From Bacteroidota bacterium (GTDB lineage: Bacteria; Bacteroidota; Bacteroidia; UKL13-3): a DNA stretch of 64,000 bases. The notes below the pieces were generated by a model. It was given only the letters and a program-made list of their open reading frames with translations, was not told the DNA's origin and made no database searches. Positions 9,664-19,966 of the stretch are shown piece by piece (position 1 is the stretch's first letter; each line of letters opens with the position of its first letter). The translations under genes and the position numbers were made by a program. The stretch covers positions 21,890-85,889 of the forward strand of contig JAIYCU010000025.1 of NCBI GenBank assembly GCA_027487835.1, given 5' to 3'.

Positions 9664-10569
9664 TTGGAAATAGATAATAACATAGATCAGTTGCTGGCAT
9701 CCAAGATGGATGGTTTTGAGGCCCAGGCACCTGCTGGTGCTTGGGATGCAATTCAAGCCAATTTGCCTGCAGCAGGGCCGGCTTCAATTGGTTCTAGCCT
9801 AGGTTCTGCACCTTTGGTAGCAGCAAAAACGACAAGTATTTTAGCTAAACTTGGATTGCTTGTTGGTTCTGCTGTGCTTGTTTCTACTTTTATTTATTTT
9901 GTAAATTCTAATCCAGAGGTTATTCAGTCAACGCCAAAATTTGAAATAAAAGCCTCAGAAAAAGAGCTTGGTTTGACCCAAACTGATAAATCAACAATTA
10001 ATGCTGTTGAAGCATCAGAACTTAAAACTCCAGCAAAGGCTAAAGGCTTTTCGGTCCCTAATGCTGCGCCTGTTGACGAAAATGCACGATCTAAAGAAAC
10101 TCCAATTCGAGAAGAGAAGCCGCAAGAATTAGTGCCAGCCTCGCCTTCGTTACCTGAGACAGTTTCACAAAAGGAGCCTGTAAAACCAAGTGAGGATAGA
10201 AAGGAAACCGCGATAGAAAACGACGAGGAAGACAAACAAACAGATTTGAATGAGCCTGCATTAAATAATCCAATTTCAATTGAGAAACGTCAGCCTAAAT
10301 TTCACAATGCCTTTTCGCCCGATGGAGATGGAAAGAATGATACTTGGTTTGTAGAATTAGAAGATGTATCTGATTATCATTTAGGAATTTATAATATTAA
10401 AGGGCAATTAGTTTTTGAATCAAGTAAATTGAGTGAGCATTGGAATGGTAATAATGATAGGAACGGTGAGACATGTGAATCTGGGAATTATGCATTTATT
10501 ATAAATTATAAATATAAAAATGAAACAAAAATGAATACAAGTCAGGGCATCATTGCACTATTTCGATAA
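9664..10569 (+). CDS. Putative anti-sigma factor: cytoplasmic N-domain, one TM helix, disordered linker, T9SS type B CTD
   Basis: TTG start 3 nt after the sigma gene. IDQLLASKMDGFEAQAPAGAWDAI resembles Bacteroidota anti-sigma N-termini; hydrophobic helix at aa ~59-81; P/E/K-rich aa 82-210; FHNAFSPDGDGKNDTW...GIIALFR is CHU_C-like. Confidence 0.75.
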   Translation: MEIDNNIDQLLASKMDGFEAQAPAGAWDAIQANLPAAGPASIGSSLGSAPLVAAKTTSILAKLGLLVGSAVLVSTFIYFVNSNPEVIQSTPKFEIKASEKELGLTQTDKSTINAVEASELKTPAKAKGFSVPNAAPVDENARSKETPIREEKPQELVPASPSLPETVSQKEPVKPSEDRKETAIENDEEDKQTDLNEPALNNPISIEKRQPKFHNAFSPDGDGKNDTWFVELEDVSDYHLGIYNIKGQLVFESSKLSEHWNGNNDRNGETCESGNYAFIINYKYKNETKMNTSQGIIALFR

Positions 10570-10641
10570 TTTGAAATCTCAAAAAAAATCAATAGATTGG
10601 CAGACAATTTTAGAAAATAACAACAATTTAAACTATATAAT

Positions 10642-13600
10642 ATGAATCGATTATTTACCAGATTAGCCTTTTGGGTGATTGCAGTACTGATGTCTGCAAG
10701 CTCATTTGCGCAGTCGCTTTCCTTGGATGTGGGGCCAAACATAATATGTTTTGGCAAGCCATTGCAAGTAAGGGCTGTGCTTGCGGGGGTAAGTCCTGCA
10801 GATGTTACCGCATACCGTTTTGATTGGGGTAATGGAGACTCTACGGTTAACTTTCTTGGAAATCCAGTTGTAAATTTTGCTACCAAGCAATATCCAGCAG
10901 CAGGTATTTATCAAGTAACAGTAACAGCTAGGTTTTCTAACCGTGGACCTTTAACTGCAAGTTATTGGGATACTGTTTACAATCTACCAACCGCAGCATT
11001 TTCACTAACAAGTCAAGATTCGCAGTGTTATACTGGGAACGTTTATTGTTTTAAAGAGGCTGCCTTGCAGGGTCCAGCGCCTAGCTTACCATTAACAACG
11101 CGTAATTTAACCTACGGTGATGGTAACAATGACCAGTTAGCAGTTGGAGAAAATAAATGTCATAATTTTGGAAAAGGTGGTGTGCCTTTTAACGTAGGTT
11201 ATTCTGTATCTGACATTGGAGGCTGCGCCTCACAAGCATTTCGGGCTGTTTATGTTGGAAACGATTTAAGACCAAGGTTTGCAGTAAGTGGAACTCCTCG
11301 TTGCGATACAACACCTTATATTTTCATCAATCAAACGCCAACCTCCCCTTCAAGTTTACAGTGGTTTAAATGGGATTTTGATGATGGTACATCTTATAAT
11401 TCTTCTGATCCAATAGTGCCAGCTGATTTAGTATGGTGGAATAACTTTACACATAGCTACACCCTTAATGGCGTTTTTAATCCTAGATTAACTATAAAAG
11501 GTAAGTTATTAAATTGTACTGAATCATTCCAGTACAGTTTGTCTGGCAATCAGTTACCAGAAAACATCATTATTCGTTACGACCTACGCTCGCGCAGAAG
11601 TCCAATGAATGATACCATTTCTGATAGTGTGTGTATTGCAAACCTTATGCAAGGTGGTGTATGTTTATATAACATGTATCCATTGCAAGGGGTAAATACA
11701 CCTATACAGATTTTATGGGATTTTGCTGATCCAAATGCTAATCCACCAGGATCTGATAAATTCTTGAACCAAGCTGCACCTTGTTATAAATATTTAGCAC
11801 AAGGCCATTTCTTCCCTAAATTATACGTGCAATGCCCTGGTAAGCCGGTTAAGCGACTCGATTTCTGGTCAAGAATAAGCCTTCCAGATGATTCCGATAC
11901 CTTATATGTTGCCCCACCTATACCAAATCCTCGATTATATACTATAAATGGTTACTTGTTCTTCCCGAATGACACCATTACTAAATTTAGATGGATACCT
12001 GGAAAGGATGGAACCTCTAGAGATAGTATCACCGCTTATTGGAAGTATTTTACAAATGATACCTTAGATAGATACACACTTAAAAAACGTGGTGATTTTG
12101 TTGGTTTTGGTGTAAATGTTCTTGGGCCAACGGTTGCAATTGAAAATCCTATTATACCCATTGTGGTTAAGCAAAATTTGAAGGTACAATGTGCTCCTTC
12201 TTTCCCGGTTGAATTTGTAAATGCAAGTAGCATTTATCAAAGTCATAATCTTTATATCCGTTGGGAATTTGGAGATGATTATGCGCCAAGATGTACCTCT
12301 TTCTCGGTGCCTGATCCAAGTAAGCCAAACGGTGGAATGCAGCCGTATACTACTGCCATTGATTTGGCCAATAGAACTTTGCCAAGATTTATTACAGGTA
12401 CAGTTATTTACCCAGGTGGCGTAAACTGTAATTTCTCACATGATACTCTACCTATCCATAAATATGAACGTTGGAGCAGAATTTACCAGTGGCATAGATA
12501 TGGACACGATTACCCACCATTTGATTCTTCAGGAACAGGTTGGACAAAAGATCCAGCGCAGGCTGCACCAAATGGTAAGAAGTTAGTAGCACCTATTGAT
12601 TTAGCCGATTGGGGTAAGCCAATGTTCTCTTCTGGCCCAACACCTTCTCGTATAGATACTTTGGATATGTATCCACAGGATATGCAACCCAACCGTCCTA
12701 TTACTGTTCGAAATGGGGTAATACCAGATCCAATTGCAAACTACTATGGATATTGGGAACTTACTTTGCCTGTAGGTACTACTGCAGATACTAGTAGCTT
12801 CTTAAAACAAAGTCCAGGTGGTCCAAACTTGACCCTGCCAAATATGCCAAATGGTGTTTCTAGAAGATACCGCGGAAATACAATAATTCCTGGTACCAAT
12901 GGTATGACACTATATGAGTACATCTTTAATAGGGTAGTACAAAGATGTCCTACTGTTACTTTGTTAATGAAAGATAGTTTTAATAATCAATCAGCAGATA
13001 AATACAGAAACTTTGAAGATATTATTGCTACAAATGCTTCATCAGGAAACCAATTTGATTTGACTTTAGTAGTTAAGCAATCGATGGATTTGTCTCCAAA
13101 ACCAACTTTGATTTTAGATTCGGATACCTTTAGGTTCAAAACTGGTGCTCCAAATAATAATATGGTTTTTAAATTGGATACTGCATCTGCAAAAAGAGAT
13201 ACCCTTAAAGGATACACTTATGGCGGTTATGTGGTTCGTGATACCATAATAATTAGCCCAGCTCGTAGAGATTCCTTCTTTACCTTTGTTTATAATTACT
13301 ATACCTACGAATTAAGACGTAATCCATTAACTGGCCAGTGGACGGCTAAATTGCCATCAGATCATTTTTATGTAGATGCCTTTGATTGCGGTGGAACCTC
13401 TACTTTACAATTGCCATTGGTTGGGGTAGACGCGTTTGGTTTGGGTAAAACAGGTAGGGTTTGTCCAGATTTATTAAGTGGCCAATCAGGCGGTAGAATT
13501 CGTTTTGAATTTGGAAGAGTAGATACGATTCCTGGTACTTACCCAGATTGTGGAGGAAGAACTTTCTTACTATTTAACTATGACTCCCTTGCAGATAGAA

Positions 13601-16600
13601 GAGATTTAACACCATGTGATTTGGATGGTTTTGTGCAGTTTGATGGAACGCACCCTTCTACTGGAGCGGTAACGCCAGGTGGAAATGTTTGGCCAGGCTT
13701 TAATAATGGCGTTAACTTTAACCCATTAACTGCTTGGACAGGCCCAGGTGGAACATCTAGCATCACCCATTATTTGCCAGCAGGTCCTTGGCCATATACC
13801 AATAGCCCTGTAGATCCTAGAGGTTTTGTGACCGTAGGTTTAATAATGGGGTCTGGTTGTAATAACCCAGGTTGTGGTGGCCCTGATCCAAACTGTATTT
13901 CGGATACAGTATGGTACCACAAATTTTTACACTTAATTACCTTAAACGCAACGTTTACCTTCCGCAAGGTGGGTGGTTATATTGATTATGGTGTGCCAAG
14001 CAGGTTGCCTAGTCAAGATTATACCTATGACTCAGCACAATTTTATCCTGCAAGTGTAGGTGGTGCTATCCCTAACGGCAACTGGCGTGAGCCTTGGAAC
14101 CGTTTGTATGGAAAAGGTGATATTGTTGAGTTCGAGACTTACGTAAAAACGCAAGATTTTGTGCTAGCAGACATTTGGGATTGGGGCGATGGTACAGTAA
14201 CTATCGACTCATTCTATACAAATAGACAAGATACCTTTGTAAAACTAGATCCTGTAAATTTCCCTAACGATAGCGTATTCTTTGAAAAGTATACGTATCC
14301 GCTAAATAGATTGAGGTTCTTTGTTTCAACTGAAAGTATTCCATTCACTGTATTAAATGTTTCAACACCTTTCCCATTAGGCGTTAGAGTTTACAGAGGA
14401 ATTCAAAGAGATACTATTTGGAGATGTGATGACCCAACTAAGGCGATGCCACCTCAAAGTATTAAGGTTACAAACGTGCTCATTGATACAGCTTTCCATT
14501 TGTTGCCACTTACGCACCAGTATTTTAAGTCGTCTTATGAAATGACTGCGGGCCCAGGTACAACCATTAAGAGGGGTGCTATTACCCCAGTAGAGCATAT
14601 TTTAGTTACTACTACACAATGTTTAAATTCAAAAGTTAGACAAATTGTAATTGGTACGGTTGACACCTTTACAGTATTTGAAGATGGCGTAATTTCAGAT
14701 GGTATTTTATGTGTGAACCAAGAGGTAACCTTTGAAGATTCTATTCGTTACTGGTTCCCTAAACCGTATGGTACTAATAATGTGTTTGGTCCTAGCCGCC
14801 CGTTAGACATCCCAGATTATACTTTCCCTGGTGGTGAGGTAGAAATTTATAATGATAACCATGGCAGAGCAATGAATGGCTATCCAAATGATTCAATTAA
14901 AACATTTGTAAATTATTCTAAGTATTATGTTACTACCGCTGCAACTTGTCCTTTTGGATGGGTTCAACAAGCAGGAGTTGTAAATAATACTTGTTATAAA
15001 ATTGATACATCATTTTTTGAAAGAATTTATTGGGATTATGAATCTGATGGTGTGATAGATTATGCAGGTGCATTTAATGCAAGACATAAATATAAAGCAC
15101 CTGGTAAATTCAAAGTTTCCATGATTACTAGAGATACAGTTGGTTATTATGATACCTGTTTTACCTTCTTAAATGTGGTTGAACCAATTGCAAAGTTCTC
15201 TAGTGCAGGTTTATTCAATTGCGATGTTCCAGTTCAATTCTTTGATTCATCAAAAATTGTAGATGGTTGTATCGCAGAAACTGGTTTCCCTTGCGATCAG
15301 GTTGACTATAGAAGATGGTGGTTTGGAGATGCAGGATTTGATTCATTGGCTTGGAGGTCTGAAGCGCCAAATCCTACGTATGCGTATAAGAAAAATGGAT
15401 GGTATACCATTATGCAAGTATTAAAAACAACGCAAGGTTGTTATGATACTGCTAGAAAAGATATCTACCTACGTGGACCGCGTCCAAGAATTAAGTTATT
15501 AGGAGATACATTGGGTTGTGTGCCGTATAAGTTGAAAATAGTTTCTTATCCAAATGACTCAGGCGTATTCAGTGTTACACCTGCAACCTTTATTAGGCCA
15601 GGTAGACCAGATGGAGCTTATGAAACTATTTTGTTAAAGAATCCTGATACGGTTGAAGTGGTTTATGATTATGAAGGTGTTTATGAATTAACTGCTGTTG
15701 GTTATGATACCTATCCGATTACAAATGCACTTTGTCCACCAGTGGTTGTGCCAGATACAGCTGGAGGTGAGCAGAAGATTAGAATCTATGTGAAGAATCC
15801 ATATAAGGTTGAAATTGCAAGTTCTAAGAATATTGTCTGTGTTGGTGAGCCTTTTAATATCACAAATAGGTCGTCAATAGATACCATTACCAAGTTTAGA
15901 ATGTATTCTTATAATTCTGATTATACTTCGATTTTAGACACTGTATTTAAGACTAATTTCTTCCAAGATTCGGTATTTAAATATGCTTTCTTCTCAGCTG
16001 GTGTTTATAATTTAGTTATGCAATCAACTAGCTTTATTGAAAATACACCTAAATGTACGAGTCGAGATACTGTAACTATAAGGGCTATGAAGGCAAAAGC
16101 TGCCCTAGAAACCGATAGCTTAGGTATGCCGAAGTATTTTGTAAGAAATCTATCAGACAGCGCAAATGCATCTTCTTACATCTGGCGTGTTTATAATCCT
16201 GATGGAACACTCAGATTACAAGTAGATGTGCCAAGTAATAGTGATCCTAAATTCAACTTAGGTGAGTTAGACTTTAAAAATGACATCGGTGTGTTTAGGG
16301 TTTGTGTTTGGGCAATAACTGCTGGATTGGATTACTGTATTGATAGTGCTTGTAAAGATGTAATCAATAATTTCCAAGTAAGTGTTAAGGTGCCAAATGT
16401 GTTTACGCCTAATAATGATGGTAAGAACGACGTGTTCAATATCCAAATTAGTGGTGAAGAAATGTATGACCTTAAGATTTGGAATCGTTGGGGTGGACTT
16501 GTATTTGAAAGCTTAGATTCGAAAGTAATGTGGAATGGACGTACCCAAAATGTGGGTGAAGAAAATCCAGAAGGTACTTATTACTTTGTGTTTAAATATC

Positions 16601-16659
16601 AACTACGTGGTCAGGCCGAAGAATTTGTTAGAGGTTCAATAACCTTACTCAGAGAATAA
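10642..16659 (+). CDS. 2005-aa secreted multi-PKD, Cys-rich surface protein with T9SS type B CTD
   Basis: Signal peptide; repeated WDFDDG/WDWGDG/WWFGD PKD motifs; C-terminal VPNVFTPNNDGKND...WNRWGG...EGTYYF...GSITLLRE. Confidence 0.88.
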   Translation: MNRLFTRLAFWVIAVLMSASSFAQSLSLDVGPNIICFGKPLQVRAVLAGVSPADVTAYRFDWGNGDSTVNFLGNPVVNFATKQYPAAGIYQVTVTARFSNRGPLTASYWDTVYNLPTAAFSLTSQDSQCYTGNVYCFKEAALQGPAPSLPLTTRNLTYGDGNNDQLAVGENKCHNFGKGGVPFNVGYSVSDIGGCASQAFRAVYVGNDLRPRFAVSGTPRCDTTPYIFINQTPTSPSSLQWFKWDFDDGTSYNSSDPIVPADLVWWNNFTHSYTLNGVFNPRLTIKGKLLNCTESFQYSLSGNQLPENIIIRYDLRSRRSPMNDTISDSVCIANLMQGGVCLYNMYPLQGVNTPIQILWDFADPNANPPGSDKFLNQAAPCYKYLAQGHFFPKLYVQCPGKPVKRLDFWSRISLPDDSDTLYVAPPIPNPRLYTINGYLFFPNDTITKFRWIPGKDGTSRDSITAYWKYFTNDTLDRYTLKKRGDFVGFGVNVLGPTVAIENPIIPIVVKQNLKVQCAPSFPVEFVNASSIYQSHNLYIRWEFGDDYAPRCTSFSVPDPSKPNGGMQPYTTAIDLANRTLPRFITGTVIYPGGVNCNFSHDTLPIHKYERWSRIYQWHRYGHDYPPFDSSGTGWTKDPAQAAPNGKKLVAPIDLADWGKPMFSSGPTPSRIDTLDMYPQDMQPNRPITVRNGVIPDPIANYYGYWELTLPVGTTADTSSFLKQSPGGPNLTLPNMPNGVSRRYRGNTIIPGTNGMTLYEYIFNRVVQRCPTVTLLMKDSFNNQSADKYRNFEDIIATNASSGNQFDLTLVVKQSMDLSPKPTLILDSDTFRFKTGAPNNNMVFKLDTASAKRDTLKGYTYGGYVVRDTIIISPARRDSFFTFVYNYYTYELRRNPLTGQWTAKLPSDHFYVDAFDCGGTSTLQLPLVGVDAFGLGKTGRVCPDLLSGQSGGRIRFEFGRVDTIPGTYPDCGGRTFLLFNYDSLADRRDLTPCDLDGFVQFDGTHPSTGAVTPGGNVWPGFNNGVNFNPLTAWTGPGGTSSITHYLPAGPWPYTNSPVDPRGFVTVGLIMGSGCNNPGCGGPDPNCISDTVWYHKFLHLITLNATFTFRKVGGYIDYGVPSRLPSQDYTYDSAQFYPASVGGAIPNGNWREPWNRLYGKGDIVEFETYVKTQDFVLADIWDWGDGTVTIDSFYTNRQDTFVKLDPVNFPNDSVFFEKYTYPLNRLRFFVSTESIPFTVLNVSTPFPLGVRVYRGIQRDTIWRCDDPTKAMPPQSIKVTNVLIDTAFHLLPLTHQYFKSSYEMTAGPGTTIKRGAITPVEHILVTTTQCLNSKVRQIVIGTVDTFTVFEDGVISDGILCVNQEVTFEDSIRYWFPKPYGTNNVFGPSRPLDIPDYTFPGGEVEIYNDNHGRAMNGYPNDSIKTFVNYSKYYVTTAATCPFGWVQQAGVVNNTCYKIDTSFFERIYWDYESDGVIDYAGAFNARHKYKAPGKFKVSMITRDTVGYYDTCFTFLNVVEPIAKFSSAGLFNCDVPVQFFDSSKIVDGCIAETGFPCDQVDYRRWWFGDAGFDSLAWRSEAPNPTYAYKKNGWYTIMQVLKTTQGCYDTARKDIYLRGPRPRIKLLGDTLGCVPYKLKIVSYPNDSGVFSVTPATFIRPGRPDGAYETILLKNPDTVEVVYDYEGVYELTAVGYDTYPITNALCPPVVVPDTAGGEQKIRIYVKNPYKVEIASSKNIVCVGEPFNITNRSSIDTITKFRMYSYNSDYTSILDTVFKTNFFQDSVFKYAFFSAGVYNLVMQSTSFIENTPKCTSRDTVTIRAMKAKAALETDSLGMPKYFVRNLSDSANASSYIWRVYNPDGTLRLQVDVPSNSDPKFNLGELDFKNDIGVFRVCVWAITAGLDYCIDSACKDVINNFQVSVKVPNVFTPNNDGKNDVFNIQISGEEMYDLKIWNRWGGLVFESLDSKVMWNGRTQNVGEENPEGTYYFVFKYQLRGQAEEFVRGSITLLRE

Positions 16660-16673
16660 TTATAATTAACTAT

Positions 16674-16707
16674 AAAAAGAGGCTGCCATTGGTAGCCTCT
16701 TTTTTTT
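16674..16707 (+). terminator. Rho-independent terminator after the 2005-aa gene
   Basis: AAAAAGAGGCTGCC-ATT-GGTAGCCTC followed by a T8 run. Confidence 0.88.
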
Positions 16708-16712
16708 GTCCT

Positions 16713-16720
16713 TAACTTTG
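16713..16720 (+). promoter_or_regulatory. Bacteroidota -7 element TAACTTTG
   Basis: TAnnTTTG 4 nt before the ATG at 16725, directly after a terminator. Confidence 0.55.
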
Positions 16721-16724
16721 TAAT

Positions 16725-17189
16725 ATGAAACATTCCTTTTTGGTTCAAACCGTAGTTTTATTATTCTTTACTTTGGCTTTAAGTTGCCAAAGCAATAAGA
16801 TATATACGGCTAATACTATTCCAGCAGAATGCTTGGAATTTGGCACAGATGACACAAATACGGGTCTTAAGGTCTCATGGATTTTTTTGGAAAATGGACA
16901 AGTATTTTACAGAACCAATTTATTTACGGTATCGCAAAAGTCATTGTCTAGATCTGCCGTTAAAAAGTTGTTTGTAGAGGCCAATCGCATCAAGCGATCC
17001 GGTTTTAAGTTTAGGGCTGAAGGTGCTTATCGGGCTTTTATTACTTTTAAAGAGGCAAGTCACCAGAATGAATCTACTTGGATTTGGCCTTATGGCGGTA
17101 CCAAGGATTATCCTGATGAGCTTAAGAAGTTATATAAGCTTTGTGAAGAGGCTGCCCAATTGAGCAAGGAAGAAATTAAGACAGATTAA
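16725..17189 (+). CDS. Hypothetical lipoprotein
   Basis: Hydrophobic N-terminus with lipobox LALSC; no recognised domain. Confidence 0.7.
   Translation: MKHSFLVQTVVLLFFTLALSCQSNKIYTANTIPAECLEFGTDDTNTGLKVSWIFLENGQVFYRTNLFTVSQKSLSRSAVKKLFVEANRIKRSGFKFRAEGAYRAFITFKEASHQNESTWIWPYGGTKDYPDELKKLYKLCEEAAQLSKEEIKTD
16740..16752 (+). repeat. Dispersed motif copy TTGGTTCAAACCG
   Basis: In a lipoprotein signal peptide, read as LVQTV. Confidence 0.85.
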
Positions 17190-18049
17190 GAAGCGTATCT
17201 TCTTTTGATGATTCGCTCCAAGTCTATCACTAATTCATTTTGATTTGTCCAGCCGTTTTGGTGCTTTAGATCACTAAATATTCTGAGGGCATCGTTTAAG
17301 TCAATTGCTTGGTTCAGCCTATCTATTGATTTTGCATACTCAAACACATTTTTATTGAAGAGTTCGTTAACAAAAGCAATTTTCTTGTTTAAGTTAATGG
17401 CGTTTTTGATGTTATCAATAGGCGCTTCAAGCGTTTTTTCTACAATTGGATTATGTGATTCTTTGCTGTTTTTATCGTTGTAGGTAGCTTCTCTTTCTTT
17501 AAAGCTTTCATTCAATGGAACAATGGGTTTTTCTAAAATCTCTGGCAATACTGTTTTTTGAATCCTTTTATTCTCTACCGCCTTTTCAATATTTACCTCT
17601 ATTGGTTGCTCATGCTTAGTGGTTGTAGAAGGGTATTCTATGGGGACAATAGCCTGCGCACTTTCTAATATTCTTGAAGGAATTTCTACAATACTTGGAA
17701 TGGGTTCTTCCTCAATTTTTGTTACAATTTCATCTAATGTAATATCTAGTGAAGTTTCTTTTAGAATTGTTTTAAAATCTTGGGCGATGTGCGATATTGG
17801 TTCCTCAACAACAGGCACTTCTGCTATAGGTTCTTCATTTTTAGGAACTTGACCCGCAATAAAATTTAAGTTTTCCTGCTCTTCGGTTCTTAATTTTAGG
17901 ATCAACTCAAATAAATCGGTGCATTGCTTTTTAAGTAATTCTTTCTCTAGCAAAGTAAAAGATGTACCATTTAATAAAATTTGTTTGATATTGCTATTGA
18001 GGTCCTCTGATTTTACCTTTAATTTGCTAACGAGTTGCAGTGAATTCAT
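17186..18049 (-). CDS. Conserved hypothetical cytoplasmic protein (helical N- and C-domains, acidic linker)
   Basis: 287-aa ORF. C-terminal INLNKKIAFVNELFNKN resembles an uncharacterised Bacteroidota family from memory; the E/P-rich middle looks disordered. Confidence 0.7.
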   Translation of the reverse strand: MNSLQLVSKLKVKSEDLNSNIKQILLNGTSFTLLEKELLKKQCTDLFELILKLRTEEQENLNFIAGQVPKNEEPIAEVPVVEEPISHIAQDFKTILKETSLDITLDEIVTKIEEEPIPSIVEIPSRILESAQAIVPIEYPSTTTKHEQPIEVNIEKAVENKRIQKTVLPEILEKPIVPLNESFKEREATYNDKNSKESHNPIVEKTLEAPIDNIKNAINLNKKIAFVNELFNKNVFEYAKSIDRLNQAIDLNDALRIFSDLKHQNGWTNQNELVIDLERIIKRRYAS

Positions 18050-18149
18050 CTGAATTGTAATTATGTTACAAATTTTAGTTTTAGAATTAAAGATTAATTA
18101 ACATTTTTAAATATTAGGGAGCCAATCGCACACTATTTGAAACACTTGT

Positions 18150-18746
18150 ATGTCTGAAGAAATGTTTATAGAACCCCGTTACTTTCCCCATCACCGCAAA
18201 GGATGGATAGAAGTTGTTTGCGGGTCTATGTTTTCTGGCAAGACCGAGGAATTAATTAGGCGCGTAAATAGGGCAAAAATCGCAGGGCAAAAAGTAGAAA
18301 TTTTTAAACCTAGTGTTGATACACGTTACCATTCTGAAGAGGTAACTTCTCATAATGAGAACAAAGTACTTTCTACGCCCGTTGAAAGTCCTTTAAATAT
18401 TCTACTAATGGTAAATAAGGCAACGGTAGTTGCCATTGACGAAGCGCAGTTTTTTGATGATGGTTTAGTTTACGTATCGGAAAATTTGGCTTCAAAAGGT
18501 ATAAGAGTAATTATTGCTGGTTTGGATATGGATTATATGGGTAAACCATTTGGACCAATGCCTAAGCTAATGGCTGTTGCTGAATATGTAAGCAAGGTGC
18601 ATGCCATTTGCGTTAGTTGTGGTGATTTAGCTACACATTCGTTTAGAAAAATTAGCAATGACTCCTTAATTATGTTGGGTGAGCAAGAAGCTTATGAAGC
18701 AAGATGCAGGTATTGTTTTAACAAAGGAATGGGTGAGCAAGCATGA
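18150..18746 (+). CDS. tdk: Thymidine kinase
   Basis: CGSMFSGKTEEL P-loop, VAIDEAQFF, AGLDMDY, Zn ligands CVSCG and CRYC. Confidence 0.97.
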   Translation: MSEEMFIEPRYFPHHRKGWIEVVCGSMFSGKTEELIRRVNRAKIAGQKVEIFKPSVDTRYHSEEVTSHNENKVLSTPVESPLNILLMVNKATVVAIDEAQFFDDGLVYVSENLASKGIRVIIAGLDMDYMGKPFGPMPKLMAVAEYVSKVHAICVSCGDLATHSFRKISNDSLIMLGEQEAYEARCRYCFNKGMGEQA

Positions 18747-19963
18747 GTAAAAAACAGGATCTTATATTCTTTTCTGTTACTCGTTGGAATCAATCCAATC
18801 CTGGTTCTTCCATTTCTTTGCTTAAGGAATTTAGCAAGCAATACCGTGTTTTTTTTGTTGAACGACCTTATTCTATAAGAGACTTGTTTATCGAATGGGG
18901 TAACTTCCAACTTAAGCAACGCATCTGGGCTATTTTGTTTAGACGAAAGCCATATATTGAAGTAGATACGGGTTTCTCTAACTTTGTTGTGGTTACACCA
19001 GGCCTATGTATCCCAGTTAATTTTCTTCCAAAAGGGATTCTATATAAATTGTTTAATGCTTATAACAACCTCGTTGTAGCCCGGTCAATTAAGTCCACTA
19101 TTCGCAAATATGAACTTAAAGACTTCATCTATTTCAATTATTTTAATCCCGTTATTTTACCAGTTTTTGAAAGTGTATTTTATAAGCCTATCTTGAATGT
19201 TTATTATATTACAAATGATATAAATACTTCGAAATACCTTTCTAAGCATGGAGCTGAGGCGGAACAAAATGCTATTAAGAAAACAGATTTAATTTTGGTG
19301 AATTCTAAACATCATTTCGATCGAACTTATCAAAAGAAACTTAATATGCATTATTTTCCTAATGCGGTAGATTTTACATTCTTTGAGCAAATTAGAATCA
19401 AAGAACTTTCAAGGCCTTATGATTTATTAAACATTGGGGAAACTAAAGTGCTTATGTTTTGCGGTTATATCAGCAGTATTAGGTTAGATTATCAATTATT
19501 AAAAGCTGTTTGTGAAAATTTTCCTCAATATTTAGTTGTGCTTATAGGTACCTATGATGAAGCCGATTTAATTAAATATAAATTAGACCAAATCCCTAAT
19601 CTTATCATATTAGGAAATAGGCGGTATGAGTCAATTCCCTCTTATATCAAAGTGGCCTCTGTTACACTGATCCCATACCTTTGCAACGAGTTAAACCAAG
19701 GTGCCTATCCTTTAAAGTTAAATGAATATTTGGCAATGGGAAAACCCGTAGTCTCCACTAATTTTAGTCCGGATATGCAGGCCTTTAAAAATGTGGTTTA
19801 CGTGGCAGATGATTATGAAGATTTTCTAAATTCCATTGAATTAGCAATTCTTGAAAACAGCGAGGAGCTTCAAAGTAAGAGAATTGAAATAGCAACGCAT
19901 AATACCTGGACCATGCGTGTGAATCAATTTAAGTTTTTAGTTGATACTACTTTGGCTAAATAA
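18743..19963 (+). CDS. Glycosyltransferase, GT-B fold, family 4 (TuaH-like)
   Basis: HYFPNAVD, IPYLCNELNQGAYPLKLNEYLAMGKPVVST; ATGA overlap with tdk. Confidence 0.88.
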   Translation: MSKKQDLIFFSVTRWNQSNPGSSISLLKEFSKQYRVFFVERPYSIRDLFIEWGNFQLKQRIWAILFRRKPYIEVDTGFSNFVVVTPGLCIPVNFLPKGILYKLFNAYNNLVVARSIKSTIRKYELKDFIYFNYFNPVILPVFESVFYKPILNVYYITNDINTSKYLSKHGAEAEQNAIKKTDLILVNSKHHFDRTYQKKLNMHYFPNAVDFTFFEQIRIKELSRPYDLLNIGETKVLMFCGYISSIRLDYQLLKAVCENFPQYLVVLIGTYDEADLIKYKLDQIPNLIILGNRRYESIPSYIKVASVTLIPYLCNELNQGAYPLKLNEYLAMGKPVVSTNFSPDMQAFKNVVYVADDYEDFLNSIELAILENSEELQSKRIEIATHNTWTMRVNQFKFLVDTTLAK

Positions 19964-19966
19964 TAA

